Origin: a virus
Taxonomy: Duplodnaviria > Caudoviricetes
Reading direction: 5' to 3' (one strand)
DNA: 43,291 nt
IMG/VR virus record: IMGVR_UViG_3300043447_000532
Coordinates: 1 to 43,291 of that record
Below the pieces are notes generated by a model, which was not told the DNA's origin, made no database searches, and saw nothing but the letters and a program-made list of their open reading frames with translations. Shown here in pieces: positions 17,274 to 26,930 of the stretch (position 1 is the first letter of the stretch; every line of letters starts with the position of its first letter). A program made the translations under genes and the position numbers.

Positions 17274-19553
17274 TCATGCGAACAAAGATAGTTGATTATT
17301 GAGATTGGCTGCGATTTCTAGATTGGCTTTTGCTTGTTGGTAGTAGCTGTTTTTAAGCTCCGATCCAACAAATCGCCGTTGCATTTTTAGCGACACATAT
17401 CCCTCAGATCCGATGCCTGTAAACGGGCTGAATACCAGATCGTTGGGATTGCTCCAGAGCTGTAAACAGCGTTCGATAACATCTAATTGCAGCGGGGCGA
17501 TATGGCGTTCGTCTGCATGTTCTCTAGCCGATTCTTTTTGGAGGGTATTGCTTGGATTGATATCCATCCAGACAGGAGATGCGTAACGTTGCCAGATATC
17601 GATTGATGTTTTTTTGTCGATATTGTCAACTGGTTCGGATGGAAAATTACGATCTGATTCGCCAACAAAATAATTAAGTTTACCCGCAATCGGATTGATG
17701 TTATTACCTGGCTTGCGCATCGTCACCAGATAGTCTGGAATACCCTGACGAGACATTGCCGAATCCTTTTCTAGCTGTTTGTGTAGCAGTCCCAGTGCTT
17801 TAGTTCGCTGCATTGCAATCACCGGATCTTTCCAGATAACTACTTCTGAATGGTAGATAAAGCCTTCAGATTGAAATGCTTTGATTAATTCGCCCCTGAA
17901 ATCCTTTAAGCCAATCGCGCCGTCGTGTTGCTTGCTCATGGGTAAATTCATGCAGTGAAAACTCACCAGTCGCCCTGGCTTGATAATCCGATATAGTTGC
18001 CCGATTAGGAATTGAAAATGCTTGTAAAATTCATCGTCACTAGTACTATTCCCCATGTCTCGATCGCTAGCAGAATAGGTATAGAGCGAGCTAAATGGCG
18101 GGGAGAAGATGGAATAATCGATTGAATCGGATTCGAGTTGACTGGCAACATCTACACAGTCACCTAGATACAAATCCCAGCCATTGCCGCTAGTTTTATC
18201 AGTCGTATATTCGGTTTTTTTGTCGTCCGATCCAGCGTGTAAATCGGTGGTAATGTATTGTTTGGTTTGTTCGGTCATTTCGTTTGCGATTGCCTCTTTT
18301 CGTCTGATATTTTTAAGCACCGCGCCTTCCGAGCTAGCGGTGATGATATGCACGTTTACCGCTTCTTTCTGCCCGAATCGCCAGCATCTTCTAATTGCCT
18401 GATGTAGCGATTCATAGCTGTCGGATAAGCCTACGAATGCGATATTGTGGCAGTTCTGGAAGTTCATCCCAAATCCACAGATCGATGATTTGCTGACTAA
18501 TACCCTGGTAGATCCCGACACGAAATCAGCCATCGCAGTCTCTTTAAATTCATCCGAATGCCTGCCAGCAACCTGTACGGCATCGGGAATATTTTTCTCT
18601 AGTTCGTCCCCTTCATCGTTTAAATCGCACCAAATCAGCCATTGTTCGTCAGAATTGTTAACTAACTCAGCACAGGCACCAACGCGATCGCTTAGCGATT
18701 CTCTACGAGCGCGGCGGCGTTCCATCAGATCGCCCGCTTCGAGCTTGAATAATTGCCCATCGTCTGGCGTAAGTTGTCGATCGATTACGATATCGTGATA
18801 CTTGAGTTCGGGCAGGTCGTAACCTTCATTCGGATACCCTAAATCGGATGGCTGTTCGATCGTCATCGCCCATTGCGATACCCACTGCCAGAATTCGCCC
18901 TTAGCGTGCCCTTTTAATCGCCACTTGGATGTATTGCCGCCATCGTGAGTAAAATAGGTGGCTAGCATCTCTACACGGCTCATCGCGCCTAGAAATTCGG
19001 CATGGTTGCCCAATTCCATATAATCGTTAGGCGATGGCGTGGCGGTGCAGGCTAATTTGTATGGGGTTTTGGCAAACGATTCAATAATCTGGTTGCGAGT
19101 AGCAGATGAATAGGATTTAAGAATCGAGCTTTCATCTAATACGATGCCAGCGAATAAATTGGAATCGAATTTTTGCAGGGATTCGTAATTGGTAATTACA
19201 ATTCGATCGCTATCTTTAACAATCCCGTCTTTAGTAAAGCGGGCAGAAATATCAAACTTAATTGCTTCGGATTCGGTTTGTTTGCCCACGGCTAGCGGTG
19301 TCAGTACCAATACTGGCTGCATGGTACGGTCGATTACCTTATCCGCCCATGCCAACTGCATCAAGCTTTTGCCCAGTCCGCAGCCTGCAAATATTGCAGC
19401 CTTGCCCCGATACAATGCCCAGCGGACGATATCGCACTGAAAGTCGAATAGATGGTGGTTTAGTGCTGTAGTTGCGAATCCGGATGGTTGGATCGATCTA
19501 GATTTTTGATGTAAAAATTCACTGTAATTAATATTTGAATGCATTGATTTCAC
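17274..19553 (-). CDS. SNF2-like helicase fused to a beta-class N4/N6 DNA methyltransferase
   Basis: GCGLGKS, LDESS, CTATPSPND, GFGMNFQ, QAIRRCWRFGQ; then GDCV, SIFSPPF (motif IV), FSPFTGIGS (motif I); C-terminal QLSLF. Confidence 0.92.
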   Translation of the reverse strand: MKSMHSNINYSEFLHQKSRSIQPSGFATTALNHHLFDFQCDIVRWALYRGKAAIFAGCGLGKSLMQLAWADKVIDRTMQPVLVLTPLAVGKQTESEAIKFDISARFTKDGIVKDSDRIVITNYESLQKFDSNLFAGIVLDESSILKSYSSATRNQIIESFAKTPYKLACTATPSPNDYMELGNHAEFLGAMSRVEMLATYFTHDGGNTSKWRLKGHAKGEFWQWVSQWAMTIEQPSDLGYPNEGYDLPELKYHDIVIDRQLTPDDGQLFKLEAGDLMERRRARRESLSDRVGACAELVNNSDEQWLIWCDLNDEGDELEKNIPDAVQVAGRHSDEFKETAMADFVSGSTRVLVSKSSICGFGMNFQNCHNIAFVGLSDSYESLHQAIRRCWRFGQKEAVNVHIITASSEGAVLKNIRRKEAIANEMTEQTKQYITTDLHAGSDDKKTEYTTDKTSGNGWDLYLGDCVDVASQLESDSIDYSIFSPPFSSLYTYSASDRDMGNSTSDDEFYKHFQFLIGQLYRIIKPGRLVSFHCMNLPMSKQHDGAIGLKDFRGELIKAFQSEGFIYHSEVVIWKDPVIAMQRTKALGLLHKQLEKDSAMSRQGIPDYLVTMRKPGNNINPIAGKLNYFVGESDRNFPSEPVDNIDKKTSIDIWQRYASPVWMDINPSNTLQKESAREHADERHIAPLQLDVIERCLQLWSNPNDLVFSPFTGIGSEGYVSLKMQRRFVGSELKNSYYQQAKANLEIAANLNNQLSLFA

Positions 19554-19628
19554 TTGTGTTTTCTATGATGGTCTCGACTGCTAGTCGATAGATATGCACG
19601 CGCCAATTATTCGTCTCCAGTCTCTAGA

Positions 19629-19644
19629 GTATAAGATCTTATAC
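19629..19644. promoter_or_regulatory. Perfect operator-like palindrome GTATAAGATCTTATAC
   Basis: Extended by TCTCTAG/CTAGAGA flanks; upstream of the helicase-methyltransferase. Confidence 0.8.
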
Positions 19645-19664
19645 CCTAGAGATCGTCAGTCAAA

Positions 19665-21092
19665 TTACGCAGATACCTGTGTAGATTTGTTGCTAAATTC
19701 CTCGATTTTATAACTCGCCCATTTGTGGTGATATCCAAGCTTCGCGCCGATATAGTTCCAGGCTTCAGGCGGCAAGTATTGCTTGGTAGCTAGATCCATT
19801 AAGCGATATACACACCACTGAGACTTATAGCCACGCGATGCACCTTCAGCCACAATTGCGTCGATACTAGCCATCGCCGATTCTAGTTCGGGAGTGCGGG
19901 CGATCGATTTGCCTGCGATCTTGATAAATTTAGTACCGGTAGGTGCGATGTCTACAATCCGCTCTTCAACTAGGTCGGTCTTCTCGTTCCGAACGTATTT
20001 GGTACGCTCTTTTTGCTTGCGCTCGACCCCGTCCAGGCTCCATACGCGCAGATCGTCGGGCATTCCCAATCGCTCGTAATTGCCAGCCAAATCGACAATT
20101 ATCGCTCTATCTTTGCCCTCACATGGGCGTAAGGCTCTGCCCACCATCTGGAGGTAGCGAGATAGGCTAGCAGTCGGGCGGGCGAGGATGACACCATCTA
20201 GAGATGGGATATCTAACCCCTCGTCGAATAGAGCGCAATTGGTGAGTACCTGAATCTCTCTGTTTCTGAATAGCTCCATCGCGCTACGACGCTCGGATGT
20301 GTCGGTAGTGCCATCTAGATGGTGGGCGGTGATGCCAGCAGCGCGCAGGTAGCGGGCGATGGTATCGGATTGCTCGCAGGATACGGCAAATACTACCGCC
20401 TGTTTGCCTGCTAGATGCTGTTGATAGCACTCGATTACCTGATTGGCTACCACATCGCTAGGATTGGCTTCGGCAATGGCTTCGGCTTTGTAGTCACCGC
20501 CGCGCTTAGTCAATCCCGCCACGCTCATCTGATTGGCTACGCCATAGTATTCGTAGCGGCTGAGGCTGCCCAGATCCATTAATTCGGATACGGTAATCCC
20601 ACAAATCAGATCGTCGAATACTCCTCTAAATCCTTTCCCGTCTAAGCGGATCGGCGTAGCGGTTACACCTAACACCCGCGCGTTAGGATAGCGATCGAGT
20701 ATGGTGGTATAGCTCTTACTGGTAGCGTGATGCGCCTCGTCGATAATAATCAGGTCGAACTCTGGGCATCCATTCAGCCGTCTGCCCATGCTCTGTACCG
20801 ATCCGACTTGAATATCTCGATCGTATTGGCTCTTAATCCCCGACTTAATCACACCTACAGGCTCGTTAGTAATCATCTCTAACTTATCCACCGCCTGGTT
20901 GATTAACTCTTCTCTATGCGCCAATACCAGGCATTTGAGATTGGATTTAATCGATAGATTGACAATCGCGCTCAATACGATAGTCTTGCCGCCGCCCGTG
21001 GCTAACTGCGCCATTACCTTGCGGTTGCCGGATTCCCAAGACTGATAGATTCTGGAGATTAGATCTTGTTGATAGGGTCTGAGTACTAACAT
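19665..21092 (-). CDS. Superfamily 2 DEAH helicase (ResIII/YejH-like)
   Basis: LRPYQ, ATGGGKT, DEAHH, GVTATP.RLD, EGLDIP, QMVGRALR. Confidence 0.93.
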   Translation of the reverse strand: MLVLRPYQQDLISRIYQSWESGNRKVMAQLATGGGKTIVLSAIVNLSIKSNLKCLVLAHREELINQAVDKLEMITNEPVGVIKSGIKSQYDRDIQVGSVQSMGRRLNGCPEFDLIIIDEAHHATSKSYTTILDRYPNARVLGVTATPIRLDGKGFRGVFDDLICGITVSELMDLGSLSRYEYYGVANQMSVAGLTKRGGDYKAEAIAEANPSDVVANQVIECYQQHLAGKQAVVFAVSCEQSDTIARYLRAAGITAHHLDGTTDTSERRSAMELFRNREIQVLTNCALFDEGLDIPSLDGVILARPTASLSRYLQMVGRALRPCEGKDRAIIVDLAGNYERLGMPDDLRVWSLDGVERKQKERTKYVRNEKTDLVEERIVDIAPTGTKFIKIAGKSIARTPELESAMASIDAIVAEGASRGYKSQWCVYRLMDLATKQYLPPEAWNYIGAKLGYHHKWASYKIEEFSNKSTQVSA

Positions 21093-21244
21093 TAGATCGC
21101 TACCTCATAACCTTGACGAATCAGGCTGTATGCAACACTTCCGGAGCATACCCAGAATCTACCATCATCGCCCATCAATATAGTTCCCACTACATTTTTA
21201 GCTTTGTACTCTTTAGCTTCGGTCAGTGTTTCAAATTTTCTCAT
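21092..21244 (-). CDS. 50-aa hypothetical protein not in the ORF track
   Basis: MRKFETLTEAKEYKAKNVVGTILMGDDGRFWVCSGSVAYSLIRQGYEVAI; AAGGA RBS, TAATG coupling to the helicase, operator variant at 21258-21273. Confidence 0.65.
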   Translation of the reverse strand: MRKFETLTEAKEYKAKNVVGTILMGDDGRFWVCSGSVAYSLIRQGYEVAI

Positions 21245-21368
21245 TGTTTTGTCCTTGATATAACGCCTTATACCCTAGTTATAACTAATGGCAAAATTAG
21301 TCGGTGCGATCGATATCACCGTTTGAAAGGATGTAACGGCATCAATGCTAGTAATAAAATTGGCACGA

Positions 21369-21632
21369 TTAATATCCCGATCTAATGTCAACAAATCGAT
21401 CCTCTTTCCGCTCTTCTTTCCGCTCTCTTCTTAGCTCGTGATATCCTTTTTCAGCTAACCAGCGATAGCAGAAAGTATTCATCATCTGGGGATGTGGGCG
21501 ATCGCCTAGAGTCCAATCGATGCCAGATAGTTCGCACTCAATTTTAAGAGCGCAATCAAAATCGGTCTTGAGGTTTGGCTCTAGCTCCATCCAATGGTTG
21601 GCATGGGAGATCCAAGGGTACATGTTATGCAT
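21369..21632 (-). CDS. Hypothetical protein
   Basis: 87-aa ORF in a minus-strand run of small genes. Confidence 0.55.
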   Translation of the reverse strand: MHNMYPWISHANHWMELEPNLKTDFDCALKIECELSGIDWTLGDRPHPQMMNTFCYRWLAEKGYHELRRERKEERKEDRFVDIRSGY

Positions 21633-21635
21633 AAT

Positions 21636-21815
21636 TTATCGTTTGCACAGTGCTTTAGAAATACAGTCAATTGCGCTAAAACTCTCAGCCACAATCGCGT
21701 CATTATCATCAAGAGCGATCCAGATAGAGCCGCAGCCAACTAATGTAAATCCGCGCTCGTTGGCTAATTTCTGGCAGTAAGAACGATTATCGAAGAAGGC
21801 TGAGATAAATTTCAT
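21636..21815 (-). CDS. 59-aa hypothetical protein not in the ORF track
   Basis: MKFISAFFDNRSYCQKLANERGFTLVG...KALCKR; ends 3 nt before the next start. Confidence 0.5.
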   Translation of the reverse strand: MKFISAFFDNRSYCQKLANERGFTLVGCGSIWIALDDNDAIVAESFSAIDCISKALCKR

Positions 21816-21981
21816 GGCGTTAATTTGTTAGTTGTACTGGTGAATTATTAAAAGCGGTAGTTCGACTTACTATGCTTGCCGCTGTTAGTGTATTTTTGGT
21901 ATAACCTCTTACACTCATGCACCAGTTATAACTAGTAAAAAATCCCTATGGTGTGAGGGACATCACAGGGATTCGGGTATT

Positions 21982-22125
21982 TTAGGGGGCTTTATATTTT
22001 CTTCTGTCGCTGCGAGTTTTGGCTATTTCGGCGGATAAACGTTTGGCAGCGGCTTCGCGTTCGATTCGCTCCAGCCTGCGGCGGTTGGCTAGCTCTATCT
22101 GTTTTTCGTATCGATCGTCTATCAT
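21982..22125 (-). CDS. 47-aa basic hypothetical protein
   Basis: MIDDRYEKQIELANRRRLERIE...; ATGA overlap with 22122-22370. Confidence 0.45.
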   Translation of the reverse strand: MIDDRYEKQIELANRRRLERIEREAAAKRLSAEIAKTRSDRRKYKAP

Positions 22126-22370
22126 GATGGTTCGATTGGCGATTGCTGTTTGATTCGATTGATGCGAGTTATCGGGTATTCGCGCTCGGCGATACCTAAT
22201 TTAATTGCGGAATCGGGATCTAGGCGAACGTTGCAATAGTAAGCCTTGTTAGGCTTCTGGTAGTATTCGCCAACCGTCACACCTGTAATCCGCTTGCTAT
22301 TTTCGCAGCCACTATTGGCGATATCCATGACAAATACTGGAATCCCAGGAGCATATTCGGATCTAGGCAT
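22122..22370 (-). CDS. Hypothetical protein
   Basis: 82 aa; overlaps the stop of the upstream gene. Confidence 0.55.
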   Translation of the reverse strand: MPRSEYAPGIPVFVMDIANSGCENSKRITGVTVGEYYQKPNKAYYCNVRLDPDSAIKLGIAEREYPITRINRIKQQSPIEPS

Positions 22371-23196
22371 ATTCGATCTCCACTTCTGATTCGCTAGGTG
22401 GCAATGCTAGCGTTTGAGAATTTTGTGGCAATGCTAACGATTGAGTTGGCATCAGCAGATCGAATACCTTATTTGTCATGCCGTCATTGCGGCCCAGAAA
22501 GAATCGATCCCAATTATCTTGAGTCGGCTCTACATGGGAATAAACCTTGCATGCGGGCGATTTAGCATTATTACCAGCTAACTCGCGTTTGACCGTAAAC
22601 TGGAACACGCAGAGGGATTTAAATCGGGCATCTCTAGGGCGAGTGGGGATGCTATTCGCGGTCGCATGGCATTTAGTCACCTCGTCGGTTAACCGTTGCC
22701 AGTGCTGAGCAAAACTAGCCAGATTAGATCCCTTTGCTAAATATACTAATGGCGTTTCATGTAATAACTGATTGGATGCATCTAGCAGCAGAACATTATA
22801 AATTCTGGCGCATCCATATTTAGATCGATCGCTGTGTTCGGATTTGCGGTAAACACCAGCACATACCATTCGTTCGGCTTCTGTAGATGCAACGCGATCG
22901 ATGGCAAATAGTGGTGTTTTCTCGACCACTGCCATGCGCGGCTCTTTAATTAAAATCCCTTCCTCAGTCGAGCCGGAATTAAACTCATAGCTGACGATTC
23001 GATCTGGATCGAAGTCTATCCAACCGCAAGCAGCCATGTTAGCAGCACTGATAAAATAGCCACATGCATCAGCACCGGATTCGCCCCTGAGCGGTTGAAT
23101 TCTCGGTAACGGTCGATTGTTATCGATGTATTCATCGCTAGCGAATTTATCTTTAATTACTGATTCGTTCGTCAAAATCTCTTTAGTTTTAGTCAT
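22363..23196 (-). CDS. DUF5895-like cyanobacterial protein, possibly ssDNA-binding
   Basis: LPRIQ.LRGE...CGYFI....A..GW..FD, F.SG..E.G.L...PRM.V, LLD..N..LH..P resemble the family from recall; acidic C-terminal tail; next to the rep gene. Confidence 0.6.
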   Translation of the reverse strand: MTKTKEILTNESVIKDKFASDEYIDNNRPLPRIQPLRGESGADACGYFISAANMAACGWIDFDPDRIVSYEFNSGSTEEGILIKEPRMAVVEKTPLFAIDRVASTEAERMVCAGVYRKSEHSDRSKYGCARIYNVLLLDASNQLLHETPLVYLAKGSNLASFAQHWQRLTDEVTKCHATANSIPTRPRDARFKSLCVFQFTVKRELAGNNAKSPACKVYSHVEPTQDNWDRFFLGRNDGMTNKVFDLLMPTQSLALPQNSQTLALPPSESEVEIEYA

Positions 23197-23303
23197 TGGT
23201 TTGCGTTGTTTTGGGTAGCAACTATCGCTATTAGAAAATATTTGCGCTACAAATCTAAGGTATCATTTCTTATACCTTAAAATCATCCGCTTTTGTACTC
23301 AAA

Positions 23304-26300
23304 TTAACTCGCTCGCTCGGTTAGTTTAGCTTTTAATTCGGGTTCGATCGAGCTATTTAGCAATGCGGCGATAACCTCTGGTGAATATGTCGTTACGAGC
23401 GTATGGGCGATGCTCATATTCTCGCGCATCCATGCTCGCACCTCACATACGAAAAGATCCCACTCTGACTGGATTGCAGCCGTTTCAGAAGTGAATTTAT
23501 TATCGAGACACACGGTTTTTAGTATAAGAGTATCTTTATTACTAAAAACCGTGTGTCTCGCACTCAGATCCGGTACCTGTATGGCTTGCGAGCGTTCGAT
23601 GGTTTGAGCGTGCTTGGTGGCTATAGCGGTCGTGAGAATGTCCCGATAGGCGAGTCGGTCGGATGCTGCGTAAATCGATTTACGTGCCTTTTTAGAGCCG
23701 ATTTGGCGTTTCTTCTTGCCCTCTTTACCAATCAGTCTCAGGATCTTATTAACGATTGCAATATCGCTATTTTGCAATCCGCCATTACTGCCGATATGCG
23801 CCTTCGAGCAGGTGATACCAAAAAGGCGCAAGAAGTCGCCTGACCTCTTGCGGCAATATGCGGCAGTCGAGATAATTAGCTCGTCCTCAGCCATATATTC
23901 TCGCCCATCTCCAATCGCCTGCAAGTCGCGCCAAATTGGGTACAGGAGATTATACTTCTGCTCGCACTTTGCGACGCGATTGTAGAGGATATGCGCCCCA
24001 TTATGCTGTTCGATGATATTAATCCGGTCGATCGCGTGTGCTAGTTCGGGAACGTCGAGGAAGTATGCTAATTCGCATTGGCGGATAAACTTTTTGCGGT
24101 CTACCACCACAACATCATGGATTAGGTCGAATCCTAGTTGTATCCCTGGCAGCTCGTGGTGCAGCAATGTCTTGGATGCTACCGTCCGCTGCTCTTGAGT
24201 GCTATCGGATCGGGACATGGTAATTTGAGCCTGCAACAGGCTCATTTTGGTGCCATCCGCCCGATCTAGTGCCGTGGATTCCTCTATATTCAAGATCTTT
24301 TCGATATCGCCCATCGCCGATTTAATGTCGAGGTTGAGGTCGATATTATTATCAGATCGATACTCGCTCGCCGCCTCACTCCAATCGACAATCCCAACAT
24401 TATGCCCCGCTTCGATTAAATCGTGTCGGAGGTAATAGAGTGCGTTATTTTTGCACAGATTGGCTCTTACTACAAACTTCGCATACAGATCGTTCCATAA
24501 CTCCCCTGTCGGCGAGTTTTCGATCCGCCCGAATCCTTGAGCTAGCGACGTTTGATTGGCAGTAGTTTTTAATTGTTTTTTAAGACCATCGACCGTTAGA
24601 GGTGCATTTTTAGTATCGCATCCGCGCTTTCTAATAAAGATATCGCGCGGGCAATTCGATCGATACCGACCTAGCATCTGCATCTGTGTACGCGCATCCA
24701 AGTTAGGCGCGTACATCATCACGCGATCGAACAGCGGGCGATCTAGGTGCTTATCATCGACACTAAATCCTGATTCAATCGTTGGCGATAGTATCAACAA
24801 TCGCGTACCTCTAGATTGTAAAGCTTCGACCGGATTGGCGATTAACTCGCGCTGCTCTATCAGTGTTTTACTATCTACCCGCTCGATCTTGCTTGCTAGC
24901 TCTGGCATTGCCATCGATACCAACCGCTCTATTTTCTCGCCATATTTTTGCGAAGTAGTGGGCAGTACGATCCGCTCGCCATTTTTGAGTCGTGATAGCA
25001 ATAGCTCGGAAAAATCATACGACGATCCATCCGCAATCGAGACATCCCAGTTAAAGATCTGGTGCTGATTTTTAATAATCTTACGCTTGACGATATCCCC
25101 GCCCATCGCGCACAATCCCTCAATCGCGATATCGGTGAGATTATCCTGCAATGCGATTACCGCGCCGCCAGTGCTCACGATGCGGCGGACTAGGTTGCTA
25201 AAGTGGTTTTGCACCGCTGCATATCTAGATTTAGTCGTCTCACCACCTGCGATGTGATTTAATACCGCTTCCGCCTCATCCAGTACCAGCAGCGTCCCAT
25301 CTGGCACGTCGTCCAAATTGAGTCGGATCGAGCTATCGGCTACGATAGCAATCCGCTTGGCACTATTAATATAAGCATCCGCATATCCATGTCCCGTGCG
25401 GTAACTGTCGATGCCCAATCGATTGCTAGTCTGGTCTAACAATCCATTGCGGTAGGATACCAGCAATATCCGCCCATCGGGATGCACCCGTTCCCATCGG
25501 TCGCATAAATCCTTTAATTGTTCGGTCTTGCCCGTTCCCATCGGCGAGGATACGAATAGCATCGTCCCACCGTCGGGCACCCAGATAGTATCTAAGTATC
25601 GCTCGGATCTCAACTCGTCCGGCTTAAGTCGGGATTTATTGAGGGTAATATAATTTGTGCCATTGTCCAGGATTCTGGCGTACCGATACCACTCTAAATA
25701 TTTAATCTCAGTAGTATCGATGTCAATCTCATCGATATCGCCGTCGGATTTATCGTACTGATTCCACCAAGCGACGCTAAGCGTGTCACCAACAAGATCG
25801 CGCAAACCATAATATTGAGATCTGATATTGCGATTGAAACTTGCCCCCGCATCGGGATAGAGTATCAGCTCGCAGCCAGGATGCTGGGCTAAAATCTCGC
25901 CAATCTGTCCGCTACTACCGCTAAAGTTCCCACCAGATGCACCGATTACTAAATCGCTCGGATATCGCAAGCTAGTGATATAGGGTTTAAAGGTTACGCC
26001 CTCAACAAACAAGATCCGCTCTGGATTGGCACGATTGCCCCAAACCGCAATCGGTAGCTCGTCATGTTTTTTAGTCCTGTTATTGCCAGTGCGATCCCAG
26101 ATATATCCAGGCTCCGCCCCAATTTTAATCTGCGCCCCAACTAGCAATCCCTCATAATTAGGGATCGGCAAGATTAATTTATTGCCTACGGTATAAGCGG
26201 TTATACGCTCGATATCCGCATCAGAAAGCCCGCGATCGATAAACCGCTGGCGATGGATACTGCTGATTGGATTGTCTGTATAATTTTGTCGATACTCGCG

Positions 26301-26648
26301 ATCGATAATCTCTGGAGTCGCTGCCCGCGCTCGCCGCTCCTTATTCGCCCGTTCCCGTTCCCGCTCGGCTTCACGCTTCTTACGTCCCCATTCGCGTCTT
26401 TCTTCTGCCGTACGCTCTTTAAAAGTATCTGGCACCCACATCGAACATCCAGTACCCGTTAGGGTGCCTTTGAGGTTTTTCCATCCTGCGATTGTATCGT
26501 TAGGGGATGTACTTTTGCAGTGGTTTACACCATTCCACTCCACACATCGACTGTTGCGAGTATGGCAGATGGGGCAATCGCCGTTATTGCTGCGCTCGCT
26601 GTAGCGGATTTTGCTATTGTTGCTATTTGTCTGATAACCTGTTACCAT
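23304..26648 (-). CDS. CyRepA1-like primase-helicase replication initiator
   Basis: N-terminal CPIC...C Zn finger, Toprim-like FVEG..KP...YPDAG...GDIDE, helicase SPMGTGKT, LDEAE, SPTIESGFS, QMLGRYR; 1114 aa. Confidence 0.75.
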   Translation of the reverse strand: MVTGYQTNSNNSKIRYSERSNNGDCPICHTRNSRCVEWNGVNHCKSTSPNDTIAGWKNLKGTLTGTGCSMWVPDTFKERTAEERREWGRKKREAERERERANKERRARAATPEIIDREYRQNYTDNPISSIHRQRFIDRGLSDADIERITAYTVGNKLILPIPNYEGLLVGAQIKIGAEPGYIWDRTGNNRTKKHDELPIAVWGNRANPERILFVEGVTFKPYITSLRYPSDLVIGASGGNFSGSSGQIGEILAQHPGCELILYPDAGASFNRNIRSQYYGLRDLVGDTLSVAWWNQYDKSDGDIDEIDIDTTEIKYLEWYRYARILDNGTNYITLNKSRLKPDELRSERYLDTIWVPDGGTMLFVSSPMGTGKTEQLKDLCDRWERVHPDGRILLVSYRNGLLDQTSNRLGIDSYRTGHGYADAYINSAKRIAIVADSSIRLNLDDVPDGTLLVLDEAEAVLNHIAGGETTKSRYAAVQNHFSNLVRRIVSTGGAVIALQDNLTDIAIEGLCAMGGDIVKRKIIKNQHQIFNWDVSIADGSSYDFSELLLSRLKNGERIVLPTTSQKYGEKIERLVSMAMPELASKIERVDSKTLIEQRELIANPVEALQSRGTRLLILSPTIESGFSVDDKHLDRPLFDRVMMYAPNLDARTQMQMLGRYRSNCPRDIFIRKRGCDTKNAPLTVDGLKKQLKTTANQTSLAQGFGRIENSPTGELWNDLYAKFVVRANLCKNNALYYLRHDLIEAGHNVGIVDWSEAASEYRSDNNIDLNLDIKSAMGDIEKILNIEESTALDRADGTKMSLLQAQITMSRSDSTQEQRTVASKTLLHHELPGIQLGFDLIHDVVVVDRKKFIRQCELAYFLDVPELAHAIDRINIIEQHNGAHILYNRVAKCEQKYNLLYPIWRDLQAIGDGREYMAEDELIISTAAYCRKRSGDFLRLFGITCSKAHIGSNGGLQNSDIAIVNKILRLIGKEGKKKRQIGSKKARKSIYAASDRLAYRDILTTAIATKHAQTIERSQAIQVPDLSARHTVFSNKDTLILKTVCLDNKFTSETAAIQSEWDLFVCEVRAWMRENMSIAHTLVTTYSPEVIAALLNSSIEPELKAKLTERAS
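23504..23560. repeat. Inverted repeat with 21-bp arms inside the 3' end of rep (origin candidate)
   Basis: CGAGACACACGGTTTTTAGTA-N15-TACTAAAAACCGTGTGTCTCG; second copy at 42187-42238. Confidence 0.9.
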
Positions 26649-26713
26649 ATATTTAAGAATTTGTGGTACAACTAATTATACTCGATATCTTAGGATATTG
26701 ACTATAATTACTT

Positions 26714-26787
26714 CGCAGGGTAGAGCAGTTTGGTAGCTCGCTAGGCTCATAACCTAGAAGTCGATGGTTCGAGTCCATCCCGTGCGT
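26714..26787 (+). tRNA. tRNA with CAU anticodon (fMet-like body, atypical identity elements)
   Basis: Cloverleaf: acceptor CGCAGGG/CCGTGCG, D stem GAGC/GCTC, anticodon arm CTAGG-CTCATAA-CCTAG, T arm GATGG-TTCGAGT-CCATC. TATAAT at 26703-26708; no encoded CCA. Confidence 0.9.
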
Positions 26788-26813
26788 TTTGCAGGCTACC
26801 CCATCCATATGCA

Positions 26814-26853
26814 ACGAGAGAGCCGATCTAGAATTCTAGATCGGCTCTCTCGT
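26814..26853. repeat. Perfect 40-bp palindrome downstream of the tRNA
   Basis: ACGAGAGAGCCGATCTAGAA|TTCTAGATCGGCTCTCTCGT, with outer CATCCATAT/ATATGGATG arms. Confidence 0.9.
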
Positions 26854-26930
26854 ATGTCAATATATGGATGTATTGGCATCGATAATAATAGGAGTTATAT
26901 TAGAAGAGTAAAGACAACCACCACCGAGTC

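Noticed and set aside
17274-21092. Complete restriction-modification or DISARM/BREX-type defence system
   Set aside because: No nuclease or other system components are recognisable; both genes are common phage replication-region genes.
23410-26462. Numerous short ORFs within the rep gene (mostly antisense), and similar ones within other long genes
   Set aside because: They are nested in well-supported genes and show no motifs or ribosome-binding sites.
26714-26787. tRNA as an attachment-site remnant
   Set aside because: The gene is full-length with its own promoter-like element and far from the integrase, which has a better attP candidate beside it.
26814-26853. Protelomerase target (linear hairpin-ended plasmid prophage)
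   Set aside because: No tyrosine-recombinase/TelN-like ORF is recognisable in the genome.
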